A stretch of DNA of 64,000 nt from a virus. Taxonomy: Duplodnaviria > Caudoviricetes. The stretch's first letter is position 1; each line of letters starts with the position of its first letter. Location of the stretch: positions 73,763-137,762 of the IMG/VR virus record IMGVR_UViG_3300037067_022526; one strand, written 5' to 3'. The position numbers and the translations under genes are program-made. Below are positions 9,177 to 17,820 of this stretch, piece by piece. The notes below the pieces were generated by a model, which saw nothing but the letters and a program-made list of their open reading frames with translations, did not search any database and was not told the DNA's origin.

Positions 9177-9545
9177 ATGTCATACGGACCAGTATCCCTC
9201 TCAGAATTAGCGACAACGGACATTGTTGCTCCAAGCGCTCCAACTTTTGTCACGATTGGACAAATAGACAATCTAACCATTCGGGCCTTAGTTGCGATTC
9301 CAACCACAGATGCAACTGGTGGTGCTTTAACTGGATTGGCCAAATTGACTGTTGTAACAGCAGTTATGTCGGGAGGCCAAAGCCCATTTGTTGGCCTTAG
9401 TATGGATGAAATCTTAGCATTGCCCGGTATAAATGCGGTTCATGTTGACCTGGTGGAAGCCGAAGCCGGCACACAGGTAGAAGTTGTTCTGCCGATAGTT
9501 AATCTAGGCGGGTTCCAGGCACTGGCTGCTGCTTGCAGTGATTAA
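9177..9545 (+). CDS. hypothetical protein, possibly virion structural
   Basis: RBS aggag; A/T/G/V-rich; followed by a hairpin. Confidence 0.65.
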   Translation: MSYGPVSLSELATTDIVAPSAPTFVTIGQIDNLTIRALVAIPTTDATGGALTGLAKLTVVTAVMSGGQSPFVGLSMDEILALPGINAVHVDLVEAEAGTQVEVVLPIVNLGGFQALAAACSD

Positions 9546-9555
9546 GATTTAATTT

Positions 9556-9594
9556 AATTGGGGGCAAGAGAATTTATTTCTCTTGCCCCCAATT
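9556..9594. terminator. strong hairpin, probable terminator
   Basis: AATTGGGGGCAAGAGAA-loop-TTCTCTTGCCCCCAATT. Confidence 0.65.
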
Positions 9595-9689
9595 GAGTGT
9601 AATAATGTTTGGACCTGTTAGTATATCTCAGCTCAAAACAAGAAAACGGCCCTGGCTTCGCTTTATTCTACATATATTATACCTGATAA

Positions 9690-10217
9690 TTGCCTGAATG
9701 CCTGAGCACAATGAGTAGAATCACAGCCAAATTTTTGCGGCAACAGTATCAGACCATTTCAAAACAATACAAAATATATATAAAAGAATTTCCATCGTAT
9801 ATAATAAAAAAATCAACCGAAGAAAATTCGTATGGTTTTATACTTCGATACAAAAACAATAAAATAGAAATGTTTATTGACAAATCTCATCCTAATTATA
9901 GAAAAATTGTTACTCTCTATCACGAAACTGGACATGTTCGGTGCATTAGAAACAATTGTTTTTGCATAAAATATATCATGAAAATGTATAATATACGAAA
10001 TAGAATTTATCAAGAAAAACATGCTATAGAGTTTTCTTTACGACAATTAATAGATAACGAAATGATCAAAAGTTTAAGAGACGAAATAATCGCCATCAAA
10101 GTTTTGTCTAAAGGTAATATAGACGACGGGATTTATGCTACTGCATCCAAAATGGTCATGCGAACCAAACTGTGGCGAGAGGCAATTGCACTTCTAAAAA
10201 AGGCATCTCGATTGTAG
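9690..10217 (+). CDS. zincin metallopeptidase-like protein (ImmA/IrrE-like)
   Basis: TLYHETGH (HExxH) with downstream QEKHA; start may be 9711. Confidence 0.55.
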   Translation: MPECLSTMSRITAKFLRQQYQTISKQYKIYIKEFPSYIIKKSTEENSYGFILRYKNNKIEMFIDKSHPNYRKIVTLYHETGHVRCIRNNCFCIKYIMKMYNIRNRIYQEKHAIEFSLRQLIDNEMIKSLRDEIIAIKVLSKGNIDDGIYATASKMVMRTKLWREAIALLKKASRL

Positions 10218-10274
10218 TTTTTCTTGCATTCTCCTCGAAAATGCAATACAATACCATTAGAGGAGATAGAACCG

Positions 10275-10328
10275 AGTGTCACGTTAGACGTGATTAAGCA
10301 GTATATTCTGGATCAAAGAGGAGTATAA
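10275..10328 (+). mobile_element. IS200/IS605 tnpA C-terminal remnant
   Basis: SVTLDVIKQYILDQRGV* resembles the Y1 transposase C-terminal helix (YIxxQ). Confidence 0.45.
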
Positions 10329-10329
10329 C

Positions 10330-10701
10330 GTGAAAGTAGAACTAAAAACTGGTTGTGACCGTTTCGACCCCAGATACGTAATCCAAGACGACGATGGCAA
10401 AGTAGTCGATGACGCTCAGGGATGGGGTTACAAGAGCAAACAAAAAGCCTACAAGGCAATGTGGTATAAGTTTAGTGGGGGCAAGCAAAAAGTATCTGAA
10501 AGCATCAATAAGAAGAATGAGTTCTTCAAGCAACACACTGGTCTCGAAAAGTTTCTCAACAGAATATATGAGAATAATTTCAAAGAAATTGCCAGAGGTG
10601 AAGTAACTGATGAGAACATTCTAGAAGAGATCAAAGAGAAATTCGGGATTGATATGCCCAAAGAATATTTGGGTGGTCCAGAGTACAAGAAGAGAAAATA
10701 A
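10330..10701 (+). CDS. hypothetical protein
   Basis: RBS gaggag, GTG start; DDAQGWGYKS. Confidence 0.65.
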   Translation: MKVELKTGCDRFDPRYVIQDDDGKVVDDAQGWGYKSKQKAYKAMWYKFSGGKQKVSESINKKNEFFKQHTGLEKFLNRIYENNFKEIARGEVTDENILEEIKEKFGIDMPKEYLGGPEYKKRK

Positions 10702-10749
10702 GTGCTTTTGACGTTTGAAGTTAAACACAACAGAGATGAAGAGAATAAA

Positions 10750-11004
10750 ATGACACCAATTAGAGAATGTTCAGCAGAGGAACGAATGTTGCGAGCATTG
10801 CTTGCAATCGAATATATATTAAGCGGAGACGCTTTGCCTGAAAGCGCGGAAGAAGTCCAAAAGAATGCCGAATTGATTCGAAAGATAATGTCTGACATAT
10901 ACTGCATTGCCCACGCTGGACACGGACAGTGCTGCGAAGGCGGTATAAGCAAATGGTTAGATTTAATCGAAAAATGCGAAAGTCATCTGGATGCGAAGAT
11001 ATAA
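10750..11004 (+). CDS. hypothetical protein
   Basis: operon ORF; DIYCIAH. Confidence 0.55.
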   Translation: MTPIRECSAEERMLRALLAIEYILSGDALPESAEEVQKNAELIRKIMSDIYCIAHAGHGQCCEGGISKWLDLIEKCESHLDAKI

Positions 11005-11258
11005 TGTGGAAACTACACTGTCCTAGTTGTGGGCAAAAAATAAATAAAGCCGAAGTAATTCCAATATATAAAACTGTTACAGTATCTAGTGACTATTTTG
11101 GCGACTGGATGGATAAAAATAGGACTACTGTTCCCAAAAACAAGAGTAAACCAATAAAAGAACAGCGGTTCGTGTATAATAAAGCAACGTGTTTTCCGTG
11201 TGAATGTGAAGTAGACGAACGTGAACTGATAGCAAAAAATGAGGGAGAAAATGTCTGA
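11004..11258 (+). CDS. hypothetical zinc-ribbon protein
   Basis: HCPSCG ... CFPCEC; TAATG overlap. Confidence 0.55.
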   Translation: MWKLHCPSCGQKINKAEVIPIYKTVTVSSDYFGDWMDKNRTTVPKNKSKPIKEQRFVYNKATCFPCECEVDERELIAKNEGENV

Positions 11259-11727
11259 AAATAAGATATCAGGAGAATTGTCACCTGTTATACTAATCAG
11301 GATAGGTAGTGATGATATAGCAACTGTCGCTGATCTTGACAACGTCATTAAGTATGTGCAAGAACATAATTCACCGCCTAAAGATGGTGAGATAATTGGA
11401 CAATCAGGATTTCCTATCCCAATCAATATTAGCAAAGTTAATCGATCCCCCACTCCCGGTATGTTACTTGTTAAAGTTGGCAACGAAACTCGGCCAGCAA
11501 GCGCAGATGACATTAAAAAAATACAACAAGAGTTATGTGATTTTCTGAAGGATAATAATGAAGCAACCATAGTCACATATCATAATATGGAAATGAAATG
11601 GCTACCTATCGATGGCACATCTTTTAAGGAATCGCTGCCGCAAACACTTTTTGTATCTGGACATTTAACCCCGGATGACAAAGAGTGGGCGAATAAAATG
11701 CTTGCAGATCCAGCTGTGGAATCGTAA
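11251..11727 (+). CDS. hypothetical protein with internal duplication
   Basis: LIRIGSDDIATVADL and LVKVGNETRPASADDI. Confidence 0.6.
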   Translation: MSENKISGELSPVILIRIGSDDIATVADLDNVIKYVQEHNSPPKDGEIIGQSGFPIPINISKVNRSPTPGMLLVKVGNETRPASADDIKKIQQELCDFLKDNNEATIVTYHNMEMKWLPIDGTSFKESLPQTLFVSGHLTPDDKEWANKMLADPAVES

Positions 11728-12050
11728 TGAGTTATTGGATATTTCCATTAATATTCCTCATTATATTTGAGTCTATCGCAGATATTTTTGCCAAAGAATA
11801 TGCTATTAGACGACAATTCCACTTAGCATCAATATCAATTCTGCTCTATATTATTTGTAGTAGTTTTTGGTTAATTGCGCTTCGCAATGGAGCAGAATTA
11901 TCTAGGGGTGCTGTGCTATTTTCAGTTGCAAGTGCCATTTTGGCCTGTTGTATAGGTGTCGGATATTATCGAGAGCAGTTGACAATCACCGAATGGATTG
12001 GTATACTATTAGGTCTGGCTTCAATTGGATTGTTAATCAAACATGCATAA
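11727..12050 (+). CDS. SMR/DMT-family small membrane protein
   Basis: four TM helices, Glu in TM1, YYREQLT...WIGILLG. Confidence 0.7.
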   Translation: MSYWIFPLIFLIIFESIADIFAKEYAIRRQFHLASISILLYIICSSFWLIALRNGAELSRGAVLFSVASAILACCIGVGYYREQLTITEWIGILLGLASIGLLIKHA

Positions 12051-12768
12051 GATAATCCATGGCGACTGTATAACCGAATTAAAAAATATACAATCGGATT
12101 GCATCGACTTAATTATTACAGATCCTCCCTTCAATATTAAGAAAAAATATAATTCTTATGCTGATAATAAAAGCAAAGATGAATACCTAAAATGGTGTGA
12201 AATTTGGTTATCTGAATGTATTAGAGTATTAAAAAATGGTGGATCACTTTATCTTATTAACTATCCAGAGAATAATGCATATCTTATGCCATTTCTAGAT
12301 AAGCACTTAACGTTCAAACGGTGGATGACTTGGCACTATCCTGTTAATACTGGCATGTCTCCAACTAACTATACCCGTAGCCAACACTCGATTTTATTCT
12401 ATATCAAAGGTAAAAAACCTAAAACATTTAATAAAGATGACATAGCAGAGCCCTATCGTAATCCCACTGACAAAAGAATAATTCAACGCGTAAAAGATGG
12501 CAGCAAAGGAAAGACCCCCTACGATGTCTTCCATCTCAATTTAGTTAAGAATGTCAGCAGAGACAAGACTGAACATCCGTGTCAAATCCCCGTTCCATTA
12601 TTGGAAATTTTTATAAAAGCCAGCTCTAATCCTGGAGATATTGTGTTAGATCCATTTGGGGGCAGTTTTTCAACTGCTCGTGCAGCAAAAAATTTAGGCA
12701 GAAATTCTATAAATATTGAGTTGGATAAAAAATATTGTGAAATAGGTGAACGACGACTCAAAACATAA
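12043..12768 (+). CDS. DNA N4-C/N6-A methyltransferase, beta class
   Basis: TDPPF precedes HPCQIP and VLDPFGGS. Confidence 0.9.
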   Translation: MHKIIHGDCITELKNIQSDCIDLIITDPPFNIKKKYNSYADNKSKDEYLKWCEIWLSECIRVLKNGGSLYLINYPENNAYLMPFLDKHLTFKRWMTWHYPVNTGMSPTNYTRSQHSILFYIKGKKPKTFNKDDIAEPYRNPTDKRIIQRVKDGSKGKTPYDVFHLNLVKNVSRDKTEHPCQIPVPLLEIFIKASSNPGDIVLDPFGGSFSTARAAKNLGRNSINIELDKKYCEIGERRLKT

Positions 12769-12812
12769 TAAAAGAGCAGACGCTGGCAAGTTTATTCAAG
12801 TAGGAGTAAAAA

Positions 12813-13142
12813 TTGGCTAAAAGAATTCCAACTGAAGAAGAAATCAAAAAATTTGGCATAATCGAAGGAGTAAATAATATTTATTATGTAATAACTTCAT
12901 TTGGTGTGCTATCTAGAGTATACTGGATAAATGGAGAACCAAAATACCACATAGGGGAGGAAATGCAAAACATACCTCGTATTTTAACTTGTAAATTACA
13001 AGGGCAGTACTTACGATATTTGGAGAAACAATTAGGGGTCGATTACATACAAAAGCTCGAAAAGGCGGGAATAAAAGTAGATATCCAATCGTCTAAAAGA
13101 GAACAAGGAGTTGTCGAAAAATTAGAGTATAATACCGAATGA
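12813..13142 (+). CDS. hypothetical protein
   Basis: RBS aggag, TTG start. Confidence 0.55.
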   Translation: MAKRIPTEEEIKKFGIIEGVNNIYYVITSFGVLSRVYWINGEPKYHIGEEMQNIPRILTCKLQGQYLRYLEKQLGVDYIQKLEKAGIKVDIQSSKREQGVVEKLEYNTE

Positions 13143-13169
13143 ATCGGATTAACAAACAAGGAGAAACAA

Positions 13170-13697
13170 ATGATTAAGGTTCGATGGGCAGTGCTGAGTG
13201 TTGCAGTATTGCTGGCAACTTCAACGGTTGCGATGGCAGACAGTTTTATGTTCAGCTTTAGCTTTGGAAGACCGATTTATACTTATGCAGAAGTAGCTTA
13301 TGTTACTCCAGTTGTATACGAGCCTCCGGTGGTTGTATACGAGGAACCAGTAGTTGTATACGAGCCTCCAGTCGTAGTAACATACCTTCCACCGCCAACT
13401 AGATATGTTTATCCTGTGACTTTATACCATCCATGTCCAACTTATGTATTTAACTGGACAGTGTATCATCACGATCGGCCGTTTAATCATGGCAGGTTTA
13501 GTTATGAACACCGGCGATTTGTCCCTCGAACTGAAATTAGTCATCGTCCTGTCCACCAGCCCAGGATTGATGTTCAACGCAGCCAACGTATTGGCTCTCA
13601 GCACAGAATTGGTAGTCGTCCTGTTAGCCGTCAATCCGGGTTGAGTCATCGCCCTGGTTTAAGTCGGCGGTCTAACTCTGGTCATCGCGGCCGGTAA
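13170..13697 (+). CDS. secreted Pro/Val/Tyr-rich protein with Arg/Ser/His tail
   Basis: signal peptide (AMA-D); PVVYEP repeated three times. Confidence 0.7.
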   Translation: MIKVRWAVLSVAVLLATSTVAMADSFMFSFSFGRPIYTYAEVAYVTPVVYEPPVVVYEEPVVVYEPPVVVTYLPPPTRYVYPVTLYHPCPTYVFNWTVYHHDRPFNHGRFSYEHRRFVPRTEISHRPVHQPRIDVQRSQRIGSQHRIGSRPVSRQSGLSHRPGLSRRSNSGHRGR

Positions 13698-13724
13698 ATT
13701 GAGAACGGATTAACGTAGTTAAAA

Positions 13725-14972
13725 ATGAAAAATGAATCAAGTGGCTCTAATTTAGAGCCTCCCGAATCGGGTTGTAATAAAGTAAAATCAGAGGATTCAA
13801 AACCAGTAGAAGAAGACAAACCTCCTTCCACTGGTTTTGTTATATCTCCAAAATCTAATGAATTTCGTTGTCGATTGTCTAATGCCAGTATATCCGAATG
13901 GAATGATTGGCATTGGCAACTTCGGTCTCGTATTCGCAACACAACGGGTCTATCAAATATTATTCAATTAACAGATGATGAGAAGAATGCCATTTCTCAG
14001 ATAGGAGATCATTTGCCTGTTGGCATTACTCCGTATTATGCATCTCTAATTGACCCAAACGATCCCGCTGATCCAATCAGAAAAATGATGGTTCCTGTTA
14101 GCACAGAACTTACTCGAACAGAGTTTGAGTCTGATGACCCATTATCAGAAGAAAAGCACATGCCGGTGCCGGGGCTCGTGCACCGCTACCCGGACCGCGT
14201 GCTGTTCCTGGTCACGAACTTCTGCGCCACGTATTGCCGCTACTGCACACGCGCTCGGATGGTGGGCCAGACCGGCGAGTACCACTTCAACACGGACCAG
14301 TACCAGCAGGCCCTCGACTACATCGCCGCACACCCGGAGATCCGGGACGTGCTCCTGTCCGGCGGCGATCCGCTGACGATGATGGACGAGCGGCTGGAGT
14401 GGCTCCTGGAACGCATAAAAGCAATTCCTCATATTGAAATGATTAGAATTGGTACCAAAGTGCCCTGTGTATTACCGCAAAGGATTACTTTAGAATTGTG
14501 CAATATGCTTCGTAAATACCATCCGTTATTTATCAGTATCCATTTTATGCATCCAGTTGAAATCACACCAGAAGTTTCAAGGGCATGTTGTATGCTAGCT
14601 GATGCTGGTATACCACTTGGTAGTCAAACAGTATTAGCGTCTAGAATCAATGATGATTCTAAGACAATGAAAAAACTTATGCATGAACTTCTTAAAATAC
14701 GCGTAAAACCATACTACATATACGCATGCGATCCGATTTCTGGTTCAGGACATTTTCGGACACCAGTTCAAAAGGGATTGGAAATCATATCTGGGATCCG
14801 TGGACATACCACCGGATATGGAGTGCCAACCTTCGTGATTGATGCACCTGGTGGAGGCGGTAAAATACCAATAACTCCTGATTCTGTCATAGGTCATGAT
14901 CCTAACTTTGTATTTCTGCGAAACTATGAAGGCAAGGAATTTAAATATCCAGATCGACCCGTCGCTGTATAA
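13725..14972 (+). CDS. kamA: lysine 2,3-aminomutase family radical SAM enzyme
   Basis: HRYPDRVL, CATYCRYCTR, LSGGDPL, DAPGGGGKIP. Confidence 0.9.
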   Translation: MKNESSGSNLEPPESGCNKVKSEDSKPVEEDKPPSTGFVISPKSNEFRCRLSNASISEWNDWHWQLRSRIRNTTGLSNIIQLTDDEKNAISQIGDHLPVGITPYYASLIDPNDPADPIRKMMVPVSTELTRTEFESDDPLSEEKHMPVPGLVHRYPDRVLFLVTNFCATYCRYCTRARMVGQTGEYHFNTDQYQQALDYIAAHPEIRDVLLSGGDPLTMMDERLEWLLERIKAIPHIEMIRIGTKVPCVLPQRITLELCNMLRKYHPLFISIHFMHPVEITPEVSRACCMLADAGIPLGSQTVLASRINDDSKTMKKLMHELLKIRVKPYYIYACDPISGSGHFRTPVQKGLEIISGIRGHTTGYGVPTFVIDAPGGGGKIPITPDSVIGHDPNFVFLRNYEGKEFKYPDRPVAV

Positions 14973-15004
14973 TGATATAGTGTCATTAGAGAACCAAATT
15001 AATA

Positions 15005-15985
15005 ATGCTATTTCTAAAAAAACTGAAACTTGTCAATTTTTGTAATTTTGAAAATTACGAAATCTCTTTTATTAAACCAAACGGAGAACCATATAAATAC
15101 GTATGTTTCTTTGGGCCAAACGGCGTGGGCAAGTCTACGCTGCTAGAATCTGTCTCCATGCTACCCGGTGACATATTCGGCAGGACAAGCCAATTTGTTT
15201 CTCAGGGATTACAAAAATATGTTCGGCACCCTGACTATGATCCTACCTGGCAAAAAGTAACCGATGAAACCGAAAGAGAAATGTTTATTGAGGGAATTTA
15301 TGATATTGATGGCAAAGAATATATAGTACAGATTAACCAGAATGGGTGGGTTCGCAATGATCTGTGTCCAATAGCAATAATTAATGAGAATGATGACGAT
15401 GATGCTGAACAAAAATCAATGAGAAGTGGTCCTTGGAAGTCGGATCACCTGCTATACAGAAAGAGGATTTCATATTTCATAAAATCTGATTCTGACTTAT
15501 CGATGAGTAAGTTTCAGTTACACTGGTCACAAAAAGACGATTTTGAAAAAATTGTATCTCAAATCACTCGATTTCCATGCGAATGTTTGCCACCAAAAGG
15601 GCTAACTCCACAAGAGAGAGAGTTTTCTACTGACTTTGTTATTATTAAGAAAAATTATAGAATTCATTTTAAGCGCATGTCTGCCGGTGAACGTAAGATA
15701 TGCAAATCATTTAGTGATATTTTTAACCTGATGCATTCATTAAAATATCCCAAAGTCGGTGACCCGGTCATGGACAAATGGCCCAGATTATTGTTAATTG
15801 ATAATGTGGAGATGCATGTATATTACGATCGGCATGTTCAAATGGTTGAATGTCTAAAAGAGATTTTTCAACATCAGCAGATTTTTGCCACAACTCATAG
15901 CGGTATCCTTATCAATCGATTTCTTCGTGGTGAAAATGACAGGGAAAATGAATTAATGATTAACCTCGAAGAAGTCAACAACTAA
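15005..15985 (+). CDS. ABC/SMC-type ATPase
   Basis: Walker A GPNGVGKS, signature MSAGE, Walker B LLIDNVE, TTHS. Confidence 0.8.
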   Translation: MLFLKKLKLVNFCNFENYEISFIKPNGEPYKYVCFFGPNGVGKSTLLESVSMLPGDIFGRTSQFVSQGLQKYVRHPDYDPTWQKVTDETEREMFIEGIYDIDGKEYIVQINQNGWVRNDLCPIAIINENDDDDAEQKSMRSGPWKSDHLLYRKRISYFIKSDSDLSMSKFQLHWSQKDDFEKIVSQITRFPCECLPPKGLTPQEREFSTDFVIIKKNYRIHFKRMSAGERKICKSFSDIFNLMHSLKYPKVGDPVMDKWPRLLLIDNVEMHVYYDRHVQMVECLKEIFQHQQIFATTHSGILINRFLRGENDRENELMINLEEVNN

Positions 15986-16370
15986 TATTCTAAATTATTT
16001 GAGCAATTCATCCTCTACGATAAAGACATAGAGGGATTTCTTGTTACTAAAAGGAAAGAACCGAATACCGGAGCAATTATAAGCACCAGGAGACATGCAT
16101 TAGAGAGGTCAAGATATGTCCGTTATGAATGCTACTCAGACCGGAAATACGAACACGTCTACTTCTCGAATCCCTTCACTTCAAATTAATAATCTCTCAG
16201 AAGGACAAAATGTGATCGATTAGGTAAATTAGTTTTAAAAAGGAGGCACCAATGTTGCATAAAATTAAGAGACTATTTTGTGCTATGTTTCAGTTTGTGT
16301 TTCCCACCAAGAAAACTGAGCCTTCAAAACCTAATTTCCAGTTCATTTGTCCGATTTGCGGAAAAGAACA

Positions 16371-16748
16371 TTAGACCTCTTCATATCCATCAAATCCAGT
16401 ATCGGCCAAATCATCTGGCTTTTTAAGGTTTGATATTATAATATTTCTTGCAATTTTCCATTGTTTTACAGAATGTAATCGAAGTGTTTCGCCATCGGGT
16501 TCACTGTGATATTTAGCATCTCGACCAGCCGGAGTATTCTCCATGAATTCATTTCGAACATTGACTTCCTGATTAATGCCGTTTTTGATAACCTTGTCCC
16601 ATAAATTAACTGTTCCATTGATAGCATCTTCGGGTAGAAAATTAACTGCCAATGTGTATAACAATATGCGGTCAAACATCTTCATGTATTTGCCGACAAA
16701 TTGAATATCTGAGTCCTTTAATATTTCTTGAAGTTCTTTTCCGTCCAT
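16371..16748 (-). CDS. hypothetical protein
   Basis: minus-strand operon ORF. Confidence 0.6.
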   Translation of the reverse strand: MDGKELQEILKDSDIQFVGKYMKMFDRILLYTLAVNFLPEDAINGTVNLWDKVIKNGINQEVNVRNEFMENTPAGRDAKYHSEPDGETLRLHSVKQWKIARNIIISNLKKPDDLADTGFDGYEEV

Positions 16749-16753
16749 TTTTG

Positions 16754-16966
16754 TTATCCCAGTGCTGTTTGATATCCGGTCCAGAAAATTTCTGCCATCT
16801 CTTTACTGATTGGTTGGTCACAAATTAGAAGTACTACTTGATCATCCGTGTGATCCACCAAGTGCATACCCTTAATAATACTTCCTTTATCGAGGAAATC
16901 CTGTATTTTATTTATTATTGTGCTTACGTCATTTTTGCAAACTACTGGTACAAGTTTCATAGCCAC
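16754..16966 (-). CDS. hypothetical protein
   Basis: minus-strand operon ORF. Confidence 0.55.
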   Translation of the reverse strand: MAMKLVPVVCKNDVSTIINKIQDFLDKGSIIKGMHLVDHTDDQVVLLICDQPISKEMAEIFWTGYQTALG

Positions 16967-16971
16967 TTCCT

Positions 16972-17316
16972 TTATATTTTAGCGAATTCTGCTCTGAAAA
17001 GCAACTTCATTTCGCTTAATAGGACAATTTTATACAAATGTTTAACTTTATAAATATACCAGTGTAAATCTGGAAATTTGTAAACTGCTCCTACGTTTAG
17101 TTCTTCGGGCTCAATTACGCCAGAAGTGATTATCTGCCAGTCTCTCCATTTGAGATCAAATTTTGACTCATGTTTTCGCATTTTTTCGGCTGCCCAATCC
17201 ATCATTCTTTGCTCGGCGGTTTTTTCCTGCCTAACTTCTTTGGGGTCTAGAATATATATTGGCTCTCGCCTTTTTTGTAGTTCCTTCTCATTGGGTATAT
17301 TATTTTTTTTTGACAT
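16972..17316 (-). CDS. hypothetical protein
   Basis: RBS aagga and upstream TATAAT. Confidence 0.6.
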   Translation of the reverse strand: MSKKNNIPNEKELQKRREPIYILDPKEVRQEKTAEQRMMDWAAEKMRKHESKFDLKWRDWQIITSGVIEPEELNVGAVYKFPDLHWYIYKVKHLYKIVLLSEMKLLFRAEFAKI

Positions 17317-17386
17317 AGAAGTTCCTTTTGTCTATATTATACAATGCATTAGGTATAATATACTTATCAAAATAAGGAGATACAAT

Positions 17387-17809
17387 ATTCCCACATATGA
17401 GTATATATGCGATAAGTGCGGCCATTCCGAGGATATAATTCATGCCATGTCGGACGTATCATTGCGAGATTGTCCGGAATGTGCCCACAACATGTCAAAA
17501 CAGATAGGGATTGGGTATATAGCATCAAAGGGATTCAAGCCAACCCTCGCGGATATCAGAGAGGACAATCATTCTAAGAAAGTTAGTGATAAGGATCGAG
17601 CAATTAAAATGAGAAAGCGAGCATTTGGCCACGAGGCAGTGGGGGATCCTGTTTATACTCCCGACCCAAAACACATTGTCAAAAAGGGCAGAGTTCTTGG
17701 TGGACAGGATAAAGAAGTGGATAAACAGGAATTTATAAAATCAGCCGCCAAAGACCCTCTAATGGTTAAATTGGCAGAGGATGCCCTGAAACGAAGTTCT
17801 CAAAAATAG
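17387..17809 (+). CDS. FmdB-family zinc-ribbon protein (probable ATT start)
   Basis: PTYEYICDKCGH...CPEC; RBS aaggaga 6 nt before ATT. Confidence 0.7.
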   Translation: MPTYEYICDKCGHSEDIIHAMSDVSLRDCPECAHNMSKQIGIGYIASKGFKPTLADIREDNHSKKVSDKDRAIKMRKRAFGHEAVGDPVYTPDPKHIVKKGRVLGGQDKEVDKQEFIKSAAKDPLMVKLAEDALKRSSQK

Positions 17810-17820
17810 TAGGAAGTTTT

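Noticed and set aside
13309-13380. Short tandem repeats as a regulatory array
   Set aside because: In-frame coding repeats (PVVYEP); same for the Pro/Ala repeat near 56890
14125-14437. Three extra ORFs inside kamA
   Set aside because: Stop-poor frames caused by the high-GC patch
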